Assembly: GCA_963826785.1 (NCBI GenBank)
Contig: CAWGYD010000006.1
Span: 32,001-96,000, forward strand
Direction of reading: 5' to 3'
Length of the DNA: 64,000 nt
Origin: an uncultured delta proteobacterium
GTDB lineage: Bacteria; Desulfobacterota; Desulfobacteria; Desulfobacterales; Desulfosalsimonadaceae
Both the position numbers and the translations under genes were made by a program. Positions within the stretch are counted from its first letter, which is position 1, and each line of letters begins with the position of its first letter. This document shows, piece by piece, positions 29,592 to 39,343 of the stretch. Below the pieces are notes generated by a model. The model was not told the origin of the DNA. It did not search any database and worked only from the letters and a program-made list of their open reading frames with translations.

Positions 29592-32500
29592 GCGCCTCGT
29601 ATTCCCATTCCCGCCAACCCGCCAGCCGGGGATAATACAGCCCCAGACGGATGGGCCGGTCTTCCGATGCGGCCATGAGCCTGGCGTATTTCTGCATCTG
29701 GGGGAGATAGCGTTCCTGTTCCCGGTCGAGAAATTCGGCCGTGGATCCGCCTTCGTGGGTTCCGGTCTTGTAGTCGATAATCCAGCGGGTGCCGTCCGGG
29801 TCCACAAACGTCCGGTCCATCACCACGCTGATGACCTCATCGTCGATTCTGCCGGTCAGGGCGAACTCGCAGGCGCTTTTCTCGTGTTTCGACAATATCC
29901 AGGTTCCCCTTTCATCTGCCAGCATGTTGATTAATGCGGACATCACCTGGTTTGCCGCTTCCCCAATCGGGCTTTTGTTTTCAGGAGGGGCGCCCGGCGG
30001 CGGGTCGGGCACCATACCGGCCCGAACCAGATCCTGCTCAAAAAAATGGCGCATGTTCTTGATCCGTTCGACGGGCCAGCGTTCTATCCCCTGCTCACAG
30101 ATGATCCGGAGCCAGTCATGAATGACAATCCCCACCAGCCGGGCGGCTTCCCCCGCCCAGTCAAATACCGGCATTGCGTCGGGCACCTTTATTTCCGGGT
30201 GGTGCCGGTATTCGGGGCTTTTTTCTGCATCCGGCGGCGGCGCCGGCATTTTCCAGGTGCGATTCAGACGCCGGATATGGGGAATGGTGATCTGCCCCCG
30301 CGTGTCTTTGGAAGCCGGGGAAGCACATTTACCCTCTTGCGCCGCGGCACGGGTGAAACTGTCCTCCACCGCCGGCCAGAGGGCATGAAGCAGCGATTTT
30401 GAATCCGGGGACTTTACCCGCCCGGGTTCTTCCGCCGGAGCGGCGCCGCCGATCACGTGCAGCTGTTTTCTGGCCCGGGTGACGGCGACATAGAGGAGCC
30501 GGGTATCTTCGAAGGCGCGCTTTTTCGAATGGAGTGCACTGATAAAGTCATAAATGGGATTTTGCTGCCCCCCGGCCCCGGAGATGGGCGCCAGCAGCAG
30601 CCGGCTTTCCTCATTTACGCTTCGCTCCAGCCAGAGCAGAAGCTGCTTTTCCGAACCATGGGGTTTGCGTTCCAACCCCGGCAGGATGACCGTATCAAAT
30701 TCCAGCCCCTTGGCCTTGTGGATGGTCATGACCTGGAGATTTTCCTCCGACTCGGCATCGAAAACCGCATACAGCTTCGAAAGCGCCGATTCCAGGGCGG
30801 CCGCATCAATCCAGGGGTCTGCCTGCTGATCCAGAAGATCGAAAAAAGCCCTCGTATCCGTAAGATCGGATATGGAGAACACGCAGGCCGGTCCGCCCAA
30901 CGCCAGCCAGGCCCCTTCCACCTGCCGCCGGAATGATCTTTTGGACCGGTTACCCATAATCGGCGCCAGGACACTCATGACCCGGGTCAGCCGCTCCCGG
31001 CCGTCTTGGCTCAGTTCCGCCAGGCGCGCGGGATCTCTTGCGATTTCATACACGGTCCGCCCGGGGGCGCCGTCCACCAGTTTGTACATATCCGAAAGCA
31101 GCAGCCCGCACCAGGGGGCCCTCAGCACCGCCAGCCATGCGATCCGGTCCGCCGGGTGGGAAAGGGCCCGGGCCAGGGAGACAAGGTCCCGGATAACGAC
31201 CCGGTCCTTCAGGGATTCAATCTCCACTGCCCGGAACTTAAGCCCGGCCTCCTTTAATTTTGGCACGATCCGTTCCAGGTGGGGACGGCTTCGCACCAGG
31301 ATGGCGATGGTTCCATCGGGGTCCCGGCGGCGCGCCTGATGAATGCATTGGACCACAAGTTTGGCCTCCCCTTCCTTGTCCGCGGGCACCAGCGGGTGGA
31401 CGGCCACGGATGCGCCCACACCTTCGGGATGAAAGGCCGCGGCTTTCGCATAGGAGACCGCACCGGTGGTGATATTCTCTACTGCCGGCATGATGACGGG
31501 AAAACAGGCGTTTACCCATTCCACGATCTGCTGCTGGGAGCGGAAATTGACCGAAAGTGTAAGCGGATGCAGGTCGATATTTTCCAGGCCCTGCTTTCGT
31601 GCCTTGAGAAAAAGCCCCACCTCGGCCTCCCGGAAGGCGTAAATGGACTGCATGGGATCGCCCACGGCAAAAAAGGTGCGGCCGTCACCCGGTTCCCACC
31701 CGGCAGTGAGCTGTTCCAGGAGTTTGAACTGGGTAAAGCTGGTATCCTGAAATTCGTCAATCAGGATATGCCAAAGACGGTAATCCATTGACAGCGTCAG
31801 ATCGGTGGGCTGGTCCGGGGGGCCCAGGGCGGCTCCTGCCCGAAGCGCCACCTCGGCAAAATCCACCTGCCCCGCCTGGGCAAACACCAGCTGCAAGTGG
31901 CCCACCGCCACGGTGAGGATTTCAAACAGAGCGCGCATGATCTGCCACTGATCGTCCTCATACCGGTCCGGAGGCAGCCCCCTCACCCCCTGCAGAAGTC
32001 CGGCCAGCTCCGCATCGACGCTCAGCGATTCAAGCAAATCCTTGAATGCCTCTTTTTTTTCCTGATACAGGGCCTTTTTTGCCGCATTGCCTTTGACGCC
32101 GCTGGGGGCGGGAAATCCGTTTTTCTTGGTTGCGGTTTTCCGCCATTCACCCTTCTGGGTCAGCAGCAAGTCGCAGAGGCCCCGCCACCGGGGCACCTGG
32201 TCCGCCGTCTCCCCGGGCATCGCTTTTATGCCCCGGCAGGTGCACAGGGGGGAATCGGGTTCGGTTTCAATGAGGTTTTCTGCCGCAAAGCAGGCAAGAT
32301 CAATGACATTTTCCCATTGCTGCTCTTGAAACCGGCAGCAGACGTCATTGAGGTGTTCCTCGATGATTTCTTCAAGATTTTTTTCCAGCATCTCCCGCTG
32401 GCGCACCTCGTCATCTGCGGCGGCCACATGGCGCAGCCACTGGTCTCTTCGGGCCAGCATGCCGGCGATCAGTTCCTCCACCCGGTCCAGATGGTTATCC

Positions 32501-33051
32501 AGGTGCCGGATCAGGGATTCAATGGACGGGCTCCACCGGGCGCCCGACTCCAGATCCGCCACGGTGTTTCCGGCGGCCTCCCGGTAGAGGTCGTCCGCCT
32601 GCTCGGTAATCGCCGGGGATGCGCCCATCCGGGATAAAAAGGGCATCTGCCTGACCAGGCCCGCGCACAAAGAATCAATGGTCTGCACCCGCAGCCGGGA
32701 GGGATTTTCAGAAAGGTTCCATTCTTTCTGCTCGTTGCGCAAAAGCGCATCCCTGGCCAGCATCCAGGTCCGGCGGGCATGGGGGGCCTGGGGCGGGTCT
32801 GGGCATTTTGCCGCTGAAAGCGCCTGCATGATGCGTCCGCGCATTTCAGCGGCGGCTTTCCGGGTAAAAGTGATGGCGATGATCTGCTCGGGCTCCTCCA
32901 CCCGGGAAAGCAGCTTGAGATACCGCTGGGTCAGCAGTTCCGTCTTGCCGGACCCCGCCGGCGCCTGGACGATAAACGACTTTTCCGGATCAAGTGCGGC
33001 TTCCCGCTCATTTGCATCGACGATTTTGTTTACCATTTTGTGCTCATCCAT
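29575..33051 (-). CDS. addA: AddA-like UvrD helicase with C-terminal PD-(D/E)XK nuclease
   Basis: APAGSGKT, DEFQDT, VGDPMQSIY, TIHKAKGLEFD, YVAVTRA and DR..WIIDYKT motifs. Confidence 0.85.
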   Translation of the reverse strand: MDEHKMVNKIVDANEREAALDPEKSFIVQAPAGSGKTELLTQRYLKLLSRVEEPEQIIAITFTRKAAAEMRGRIMQALSAAKCPDPPQAPHARRTWMLARDALLRNEQKEWNLSENPSRLRVQTIDSLCAGLVRQMPFLSRMGASPAITEQADDLYREAAGNTVADLESGARWSPSIESLIRHLDNHLDRVEELIAGMLARRDQWLRHVAAADDEVRQREMLEKNLEEIIEEHLNDVCCRFQEQQWENVIDLACFAAENLIETEPDSPLCTCRGIKAMPGETADQVPRWRGLCDLLLTQKGEWRKTATKKNGFPAPSGVKGNAAKKALYQEKKEAFKDLLESLSVDAELAGLLQGVRGLPPDRYEDDQWQIMRALFEILTVAVGHLQLVFAQAGQVDFAEVALRAGAALGPPDQPTDLTLSMDYRLWHILIDEFQDTSFTQFKLLEQLTAGWEPGDGRTFFAVGDPMQSIYAFREAEVGLFLKARKQGLENIDLHPLTLSVNFRSQQQIVEWVNACFPVIMPAVENITTGAVSYAKAAAFHPEGVGASVAVHPLVPADKEGEAKLVVQCIHQARRRDPDGTIAILVRSRPHLERIVPKLKEAGLKFRAVEIESLKDRVVIRDLVSLARALSHPADRIAWLAVLRAPWCGLLLSDMYKLVDGAPGRTVYEIARDPARLAELSQDGRERLTRVMSVLAPIMGNRSKRSFRRQVEGAWLALGGPACVFSISDLTDTRAFFDLLDQQADPWIDAAALESALSKLYAVFDAESEENLQVMTIHKAKGLEFDTVILPGLERKPHGSEKQLLLWLERSVNEESRLLLAPISGAGGQQNPIYDFISALHSKKRAFEDTRLLYVAVTRARKQLHVIGGAAPAEEPGRVKSPDSKSLLHALWPAVEDSFTRAAAQEGKCASPASKDTRGQITIPHIRRLNRTWKMPAPPPDAEKSPEYRHHPEIKVPDAMPVFDWAGEAARLVGIVIHDWLRIICEQGIERWPVERIKNMRHFFEQDLVRAGMVPDPPPGAPPENKSPIGEAANQVMSALINMLADERGTWILSKHEKSACEFALTGRIDDEVISVVMDRTFVDPDGTRWIIDYKTGTHEGGSTAEFLDREQERYLPQMQKYARLMAASEDRPIRLGLYYPRLAGWREWEYEALKAGG

Positions 33052-33111
33052 CCGCCGGGTCCGGGCGCGGTCCTTCGCTCATCTTGAAACGAAAGAGGGG
33101 TTGGCTGCATT

Positions 33112-35838
33112 TTATTCCTCCAGCAGGTCGGCCTCGCCAATACGGCACAACGGCCCCAGGTCGCAGTACCGGCAGCTTATTTCTTTGGACACGGGGGCCA
33201 CCGCCGCCTGGCCTCGGCGGACCTCCATGGCCAGGGACTCGATCTTGATCCGCCAGCAGTTCATGATCTCATCCATTGACGAAAACACTTGCGAATTCTT
33301 ATTGGCTGCCTGAAGCCCCCGGATCCCCGGGGCAACGGTCTCATCGAAGGCAATTCCCCGGTACCGGGAATCGCCCCTTCGGACCTGGGCGAACAAAACG
33401 CCGGCCACCGGTTCTGCGGCCATGGTGCTGTAAAGGGGCAGCTGCGGTTCAGTCAAACGTTCGGAAAACCAGTCCGATTCACTGGTTGTGCCGGTTTTAT
33501 AGTCGATGATGACCAGTCCGCTATCCGTCTTGTCGATTCTGTCCGCAAAGGCTTTGAGTGAAATACCGCCGATCACCATTTCAATTCGTTTTTCCCGGTC
33601 CGCCACGGAAAAATCGCCTCTTTGCCGCTCCAGGCCCAGCCATTCATGCATCAGCGCCACCAGCCGTTCCTGTTCCAGGCGGGTAAATGCCGGGGTAAAC
33701 ACCTCCGGATGCTTTTCTTTCAACATGGCGATGGAGCGATCAACCGCATCGCGGACAGCTTCGCCCAGCGCGTCTTCCGCCCTGGACAGCAGTCCCGAAA
33801 GGGATGCCAGATCCTGCCACAGGTACTCCAGCGCCCCGTGCACCAGTGTACCCCGATCCCTGGCGGAAAGCCCCGAAACCGGTGTTTCCAGACCCTCGGC
33901 GCATAACCGGTATTGCGCAAAAGCGGAAAACGGGCAGAGGGCCTGGGCTTTGAGCAGACCGGTTCCGCCCCGGGCACCGGCATTTTCCGGTATTTCGGGG
34001 CCGGTCATATCCTCAATCTTTTCCATTTCAGCCGATGCCGCGATTTGGGCCCGCCAGTTCGCAGAGCGATTTTCGAACTCAATCGGTCCGCTTTCGGCCA
34101 GGTGGGTGACCAGCGGACTGGGGAACAGCTGCGCATCGCCTTGCGCTGCCGGATAGCTGACTACAATGTGATCCGCGGACTGGAGCAGGCGGTCCGTGAT
34201 TGTTTTGGCAAAGCGGCATTCCCGGCCGGCTGAACTGTGCGCCACATCATATTTTCGCTGAACCCCCACCGGCAGGAAGGGATTGGGATCGGCGGGTTTG
34301 GGCCACTGCCCGTCGTGCATTCCCATGATCCAGAGATGATCGAAATGCTCACCGGCCGCTTCAAGCACCCCCATGATCTGGACAGGGGCATCGGCGGATT
34401 CCGGCTGAAAGGTCTGTGCGCTCAAGAGGGTTTTAAAATCTGACAGCGCAGTGTGCAGGTCTGTTTCTGCACCGGTACGGTCCAGGCCGCAGAACTCGGA
34501 CAGCGCCGCCCGCCAGGCCTGAAGGGTTTGGAATTCAATGGAGGAGAGCGGGCGGTCCCCCGGCCACCCCAGGGCATCGAGCAGAAGGGAAAAGGCGCGT
34601 GCCCATTGGGACGGATGCTGCTGTTCCGGCTGCTTGTCCATCAGGGCAAGAAAATCTTTCAGACGGGCGGATAGCGCCGGGCAGATAAAAAATCGCGGAT
34701 GATGCCCGTCGGTGATCCGCCTGAACAATTCCGCATAACTGATACAAGAAACATTGTCTTTTCTCAGCCGGGCGTCCAGCACGGCCCGGCGCGACCCTTC
34801 GGCCGATGCGCCGCCGATATACTCCGAGCATAAAAACGCGCTGTATTGATTCACATCCATGGGCTGCATGGCAAAGACCAGCATTTTGAAGGCGGCGCTG
34901 ATAACCGGCAGGCTGTAAAGCGCCTCGCCCATAGAGATGTTATACAGCCGGTTCGGTGCCTGATCCAATGACAACACCCGGCCGGGATGAAATTCATCAT
35001 CAAAGACCCGGATCATTTCCCGGCGCCGGGCCTGCAGGTCCGGGACAATAATCCCGATGCGGCCGACTCCTTTTTCCACCAGGCTCCGGGCCCAGCAAGC
35101 CGCCGCAGCCGCTTCGGAGGCGGCATCTGCAAATTCATGGCGTGCGGCATGCCCGGTCTTCAAAGGGGATTTCAGCACAAATACCCGGCCGCCTGCGGCT
35201 GAAAAGGCGTCCAGCAGGGTCTTTTCTCCGGGGGTAAATTCGTCAAACCCGGCAAAGACAACTGTTTTGGGCGGAGGCAGCGTCCCGGAGGCGATCATCC
35301 CCGCAATCTTTGCCGGAAGGGCGGCGCTGTCCACCCACCTGTTTTTTTCGCAGCGGGCTTCGAAAGACTCCGCCCATTTCAAAAACACCGTTGTCTCCGG
35401 CCCCGGCAGCTGCCGGATTTCTGAGACCGGAATCTGCCAGGCGTGCATGATCTCCCAGGCCTGCCGGGCAAGGTTGGCGGCCTCGGTAATATTGAGCAAG
35501 TGCGCGCCGGATTTGGAATGCAGTATGATCTGTGTCCAGAGGTGCCGCTCCTGAACGGAAGAGAGCAGGAGCATCGGGGATGCCGTACTTTCGATTTTCT
35601 GTAAAGAGACGGCCTGATCTGCCATTTTTCGCAGAAAGGCGGCATAAGGAAGAATATCCGGGGTTTCCCAGACCGCATGCCCGGAGCGGATTTGATGGTC
35701 GGTGTACTGATCAAACAGGTTCCGGGCAAGTCGCCGGTTTACGGTGACCACCGTGGCCCCGTCCGTCACCAGCGGCAACAGCCGGTCTTCGGGAATGTTT
35801 TCCGGATGCGTCATCGCCATATTTGAAGAATCGGGCAT
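33112..35838 (-). CDS. addB: AddB-like inactive-helicase/PD-(D/E)XK nuclease subunit with Fe-S cysteines
   Basis: TVNRRLAR, ALCPF, ADRID..IIDYKTG, PQLPLY and CRYC..PLCR motifs. Confidence 0.82.
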   Translation of the reverse strand: MPDSSNMAMTHPENIPEDRLLPLVTDGATVVTVNRRLARNLFDQYTDHQIRSGHAVWETPDILPYAAFLRKMADQAVSLQKIESTASPMLLLSSVQERHLWTQIILHSKSGAHLLNITEAANLARQAWEIMHAWQIPVSEIRQLPGPETTVFLKWAESFEARCEKNRWVDSAALPAKIAGMIASGTLPPPKTVVFAGFDEFTPGEKTLLDAFSAAGGRVFVLKSPLKTGHAARHEFADAASEAAAAACWARSLVEKGVGRIGIIVPDLQARRREMIRVFDDEFHPGRVLSLDQAPNRLYNISMGEALYSLPVISAAFKMLVFAMQPMDVNQYSAFLCSEYIGGASAEGSRRAVLDARLRKDNVSCISYAELFRRITDGHHPRFFICPALSARLKDFLALMDKQPEQQHPSQWARAFSLLLDALGWPGDRPLSSIEFQTLQAWRAALSEFCGLDRTGAETDLHTALSDFKTLLSAQTFQPESADAPVQIMGVLEAAGEHFDHLWIMGMHDGQWPKPADPNPFLPVGVQRKYDVAHSSAGRECRFAKTITDRLLQSADHIVVSYPAAQGDAQLFPSPLVTHLAESGPIEFENRSANWRAQIAASAEMEKIEDMTGPEIPENAGARGGTGLLKAQALCPFSAFAQYRLCAEGLETPVSGLSARDRGTLVHGALEYLWQDLASLSGLLSRAEDALGEAVRDAVDRSIAMLKEKHPEVFTPAFTRLEQERLVALMHEWLGLERQRGDFSVADREKRIEMVIGGISLKAFADRIDKTDSGLVIIDYKTGTTSESDWFSERLTEPQLPLYSTMAAEPVAGVLFAQVRRGDSRYRGIAFDETVAPGIRGLQAANKNSQVFSSMDEIMNCWRIKIESLAMEVRRGQAAVAPVSKEISCRYCDLGPLCRIGEADLLEE

Positions 35839-35839
35839 T

Positions 35840-36940
35840 TTAATCGGTTTGAAGATACCCCATGACCTTCAGGGCTGTTTTAGAAAACGCGTAGCGGTCA
35901 AGGCTTTGCCGCCGCACCCACTGGTGGCTGATCCAGCCGTCCAGATTCACGCGGCCTGAAATATACTGGCAGATAAAAATCTGCGACACAATCTTAAAAT
36001 GGGTGAAGGCATGCCGGACCGCGGCCGGCTGTGCGACGATCCTGGCTTTCACGTTAAGACTCAGAAAAATCAGTCGTTCGCAGGCGCTTTGCGCCCTTTC
36101 GCCCGCTTCCACGCGGGCGCCGGGGAACTCCCACAATCCGCCCAGCAACCCCTCTTCCGGCCGGCGCACGATCAGCACCCGGTCATTTTTTAAAATCACA
36201 GCCGAAACCATCTGGTGTTCGGGAACCGGACGCCGGGGCTGACGCCGGGGATAATCGTCGACGACATCGTCTGCACAGGCCAGGCAGCATGTATTCAGCG
36301 GACATGCCGGGCAGTTTGGGTTTTTGGGCCTGCAGATCAGGGCCCCCAGTTCCATGACCGCCTGGTTATGCGCGGAAGGGTCCTTGCGGCAGAGGAGGTT
36401 TACGGCAAGGGATTTGTAGATGCCATGTGATGCAACGGCATTGACCGGTGCATCGACCCGGTAGAGGCGGGAGAACACCCGCTTGACATTGCCGTCCACC
36501 ACGGCATGCGATTTGGCAAAGGCAATGCTCAATACGGCCGAAGCGATATAATCGCCCACCCCGGGCAGGGCAATAAACGTCTCCCAGTCATCGGGCACCC
36601 GGCCGGACCACTTATCGGCCACCGTCTTTGCCGCCCGGTGGAAATTCCGTATCCGGGCATAGTAGCCCAGCCCTTCCCACAACTTGATCACCGTTTCCAA
36701 ATCCGCATCCGCCAGGGATCGGATATCGGGAAACCGGTCAATAAACCGCTCGTAATAAGGAATCACCGTATTCACCTGGGTCTGCTGGAGCATGATCTCC
36801 GATACCCAGATATAATACGGATTGTCTGTCCGGCGCCAGGGAAGGTCCCGCCGGTTTTTGATGTACCAGGACAGAAGATATTTTCGGATTTTTGCGGTGT
36901 TATCGGCGCTTGGACCGGGGCGGATGCTGTCTTCTTTCAT
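35840..36940 (-). CDS. mutY: A/G-specific adenine glycosylase MutY
   Basis: RRDLPWR, WVSEIMLQQT, LPGVG, VDGNVKRV, Fe-S C-x6-C-x2-C-x5-C, and the C-terminal GLWEFP Nudix-like domain. Confidence 0.95.
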   Translation of the reverse strand: MKEDSIRPGPSADNTAKIRKYLLSWYIKNRRDLPWRRTDNPYYIWVSEIMLQQTQVNTVIPYYERFIDRFPDIRSLADADLETVIKLWEGLGYYARIRNFHRAAKTVADKWSGRVPDDWETFIALPGVGDYIASAVLSIAFAKSHAVVDGNVKRVFSRLYRVDAPVNAVASHGIYKSLAVNLLCRKDPSAHNQAVMELGALICRPKNPNCPACPLNTCCLACADDVVDDYPRRQPRRPVPEHQMVSAVILKNDRVLIVRRPEEGLLGGLWEFPGARVEAGERAQSACERLIFLSLNVKARIVAQPAAVRHAFTHFKIVSQIFICQYISGRVNLDGWISHQWVRRQSLDRYAFSKTALKVMGYLQTD

Positions 36941-37057
36941 GCCTGCAGTCTATGGGATGAGATCGAAAAAGTCCATTCAAATGCCCGGATAGCCCCTCCC
37001 CTTTCATAATGATCTTTACCAAACAGGGAATGGATATCGCTGGCTGCCTGCTCATTT

Positions 37058-37113
37058 CTGGATTCCGGCTTAAAAACGGCCGGAATGACGGAGAGGATAA
37101 TCGTGGAATGACG
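37058..37113. repeat. CGTC-type REP-like palindrome plus partial second copy
   Basis: CTGGATTCCGGCTTAAAAACGGCCGGAATGACG followed by GTGGAATGACG. Confidence 0.65.
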
Positions 37114-37572
37114 AATCGGGTTTCACATCAATGGTGTATATAACACCTCAGTCATTGAGTTTGCATTTGTGCCTTGCATGGCGGGCGCGTGAACAGGGAT
37201 CTGGAGAGCGGATTTGAGATTTTTGCATCGAAGCCGATCCTGATACAGTCTGCCGATGCCGAACTTGAATTCCTGGCCGATCCCAATTGCCACGGGCGGC
37301 AAAAAGATCATTGAGCGGCCAGACCCCTGTTTGCGCGACCCGCCAGACCAGCACGGCCAAACTGCGGAAATTTCCCATGCAAAAGACTGCGGAGGTGGTG
37401 AAGGTTTTACATTTCTGCCCCGCAAAATCGCCCCCCGCCCCCCTCGAGAGGCGGAATAGCGCGTACATAGCAGTTTTGGATCGGCTTCTATGGACTGTGC
37501 CCGGCCTGCCAAGGGGGATGCTTTTTCTGCAGGACACAGCTGATCGGGATATATGATCCAGCCGTTTGGTTT

Positions 37573-38943
37573 TTACTTGAACACCGTCTTCAGCAGCTTC
37601 AGGCTGTTTGAAAACGGCGGGTACCGAAACGGGTTGTCGATCAGGAAAGAATTTTTCATGATGCTTTTCTGATGGGAAAAGGCGTCAAACCCGAATTTTC
37701 CGTGATAACTGCCCATGCCGCTGTTGCCCACGCCGCCGAAGGGGAGCTTGGGATTGGCAAAATGGATCAGGGTGTCGTTGATGCAGCCGCCGCCGAAGGG
37801 CACCCGGTTCAGAACAGTCTCGGCCGTGCGGTCGTTTCGGGTGAACAGGTACAGGGACAGGGGTTTGGGCCGGCGGTTGACCTCGGCCATGACATCCTTC
37901 ATGGCGTTAAAGGTCATCACCGGCAGGACCGGACCAAAGATCTCCTCTTCCATCACCGGGTGGGACCAGTCGATGCCGTCGAGCACCGTGGGTTCGATAT
38001 ACAGCTGATCGGCATCCGTTTCCCCTCCCCGCCAGAGCTTTTCCCGGTCGATTAAGGCCGACAGCCGGTCGAAATGCCGTTGATTGACAATGCGCGGGTA
38101 ATCGGTGCTCTTTTTGATATCGGCCCCGAAAAATGACCCGATATGCTTTTCCAGCGCCCCCAGGAATTCTTCCCTGACGGTTTCATGAACATATACATAA
38201 TCGGGGGCGATGCAGGTTTGTCCGGCGTTGATGAATTTTCCCGATGCCACCCGCTTTGCCGACAGATCGATATCCGCATCCGCATCGATGATGCACGGGC
38301 TTTTGCCGCCCAGTTCCAGGGTGACCGGGGTGAGGTGTTTTGCCGCCGCCTCCATGACGATCCTGCCCACCCCGGGGCTGCCGGTAAAGAAGATGTAATC
38401 AAACGGCTGCTCCAGCAGGGCTTTGCTCACCCCCGCATCGCCCGTAACCGTGGCGATGTAGTTGGGATCAAAATACTGCTCACAGAGCCATGCAATGATA
38501 TCGGATGTGGCCGGCGAAAACTCGGAAGGCTTGATCACCGCGCAGTTGCCCGCTGCCATGGCATTGATCAGCGGGTTGACGGCCAGCTGAAACGGGTAAT
38601 TCCAGGGGGAGATGATCAGGGCCGTCCCATAGGGTTCGGGATAGATGTAGCTCTTGACCGGAAAATGATAAATGGGGGTTCTTACCCGCCTGGGCCGGGC
38701 CCATCGCCGGGTATTGCGGATCATGTGCCGCACCTCGTCCCGGGCCAGCCCCACCTCGGTCAGATACCCCTCGTAGCGGGTCTTTTTCAAATCCTGGTGC
38801 AGCGCGGCCAGGATCTTTTCTTCATTCTGGATAATGGCATGCTGCAGCAGGCGCAGCTGCTTGACCCTGAAGGAGATGTCCCGGGTCCGCCCCGATAAGA
38901 AAAATTCCCGCTGCCCCCTGAACAGTTCCGAAATATCGGTCAT
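37573..38943 (-). CDS. Aldehyde dehydrogenase (ALDH3-like)
   Basis: PWNYP, FTGS, LELGGKSP, NAGQTCIAPDY, EEIFGP and PFGGVGNSG motifs. Confidence 0.93.
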   Translation of the reverse strand: MTDISELFRGQREFFLSGRTRDISFRVKQLRLLQHAIIQNEEKILAALHQDLKKTRYEGYLTEVGLARDEVRHMIRNTRRWARPRRVRTPIYHFPVKSYIYPEPYGTALIISPWNYPFQLAVNPLINAMAAGNCAVIKPSEFSPATSDIIAWLCEQYFDPNYIATVTGDAGVSKALLEQPFDYIFFTGSPGVGRIVMEAAAKHLTPVTLELGGKSPCIIDADADIDLSAKRVASGKFINAGQTCIAPDYVYVHETVREEFLGALEKHIGSFFGADIKKSTDYPRIVNQRHFDRLSALIDREKLWRGGETDADQLYIEPTVLDGIDWSHPVMEEEIFGPVLPVMTFNAMKDVMAEVNRRPKPLSLYLFTRNDRTAETVLNRVPFGGGCINDTLIHFANPKLPFGGVGNSGMGSYHGKFGFDAFSHQKSIMKNSFLIDNPFRYPPFSNSLKLLKTVFK

Positions 38944-39343
38944 GATGCCCCCTCTCGACAGATGGTTGTCAAATTTTTATTTCCGCATGGCCGCAACTAT
39001 TAAAACATGATTATGACAAATACATAGGCTCCATAAGGCCGCCCCGCAAATATGGGCCGCATTTGAAAATGCCGTCTCCGCCCGGATTTACGTCCTCTTT
39101 AGCAGATGATAATCATTGCATCAGATAATAAAAAGGCACAGCCGGGCTAATGAGTGGGCATTTTTATCAATTGCGGAAATGAAATCCTTCAAAGTTCCGG
39201 TGCCGGGGGGGGACATTTATGATGTATGTGTAGAAAATCCATCATTTATAGATGGACACAAATCTTTTTTTGTCATATCAGATCTCTTGACATGTAAACG
39301 GGTATCTGGTCTGTTAAACAGATTGGAGCCAGACAAAATCATT

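Noticed and set aside
36941..37572. Possible ncRNA or small gene between mutY and ALDH
   Set aside because: No recognisable tRNA, 6S, tmRNA or riboswitch signature. The tracked ORFs run through REP-like repeats and lack an RBS or motifs.
39116..39343. 76-aa N-terminal extension of the PanP-like protein from the TTG start
   Set aside because: AT-rich, promoter-like sequence with no RBS; family-like sequence begins only after ATG 39344/39362.
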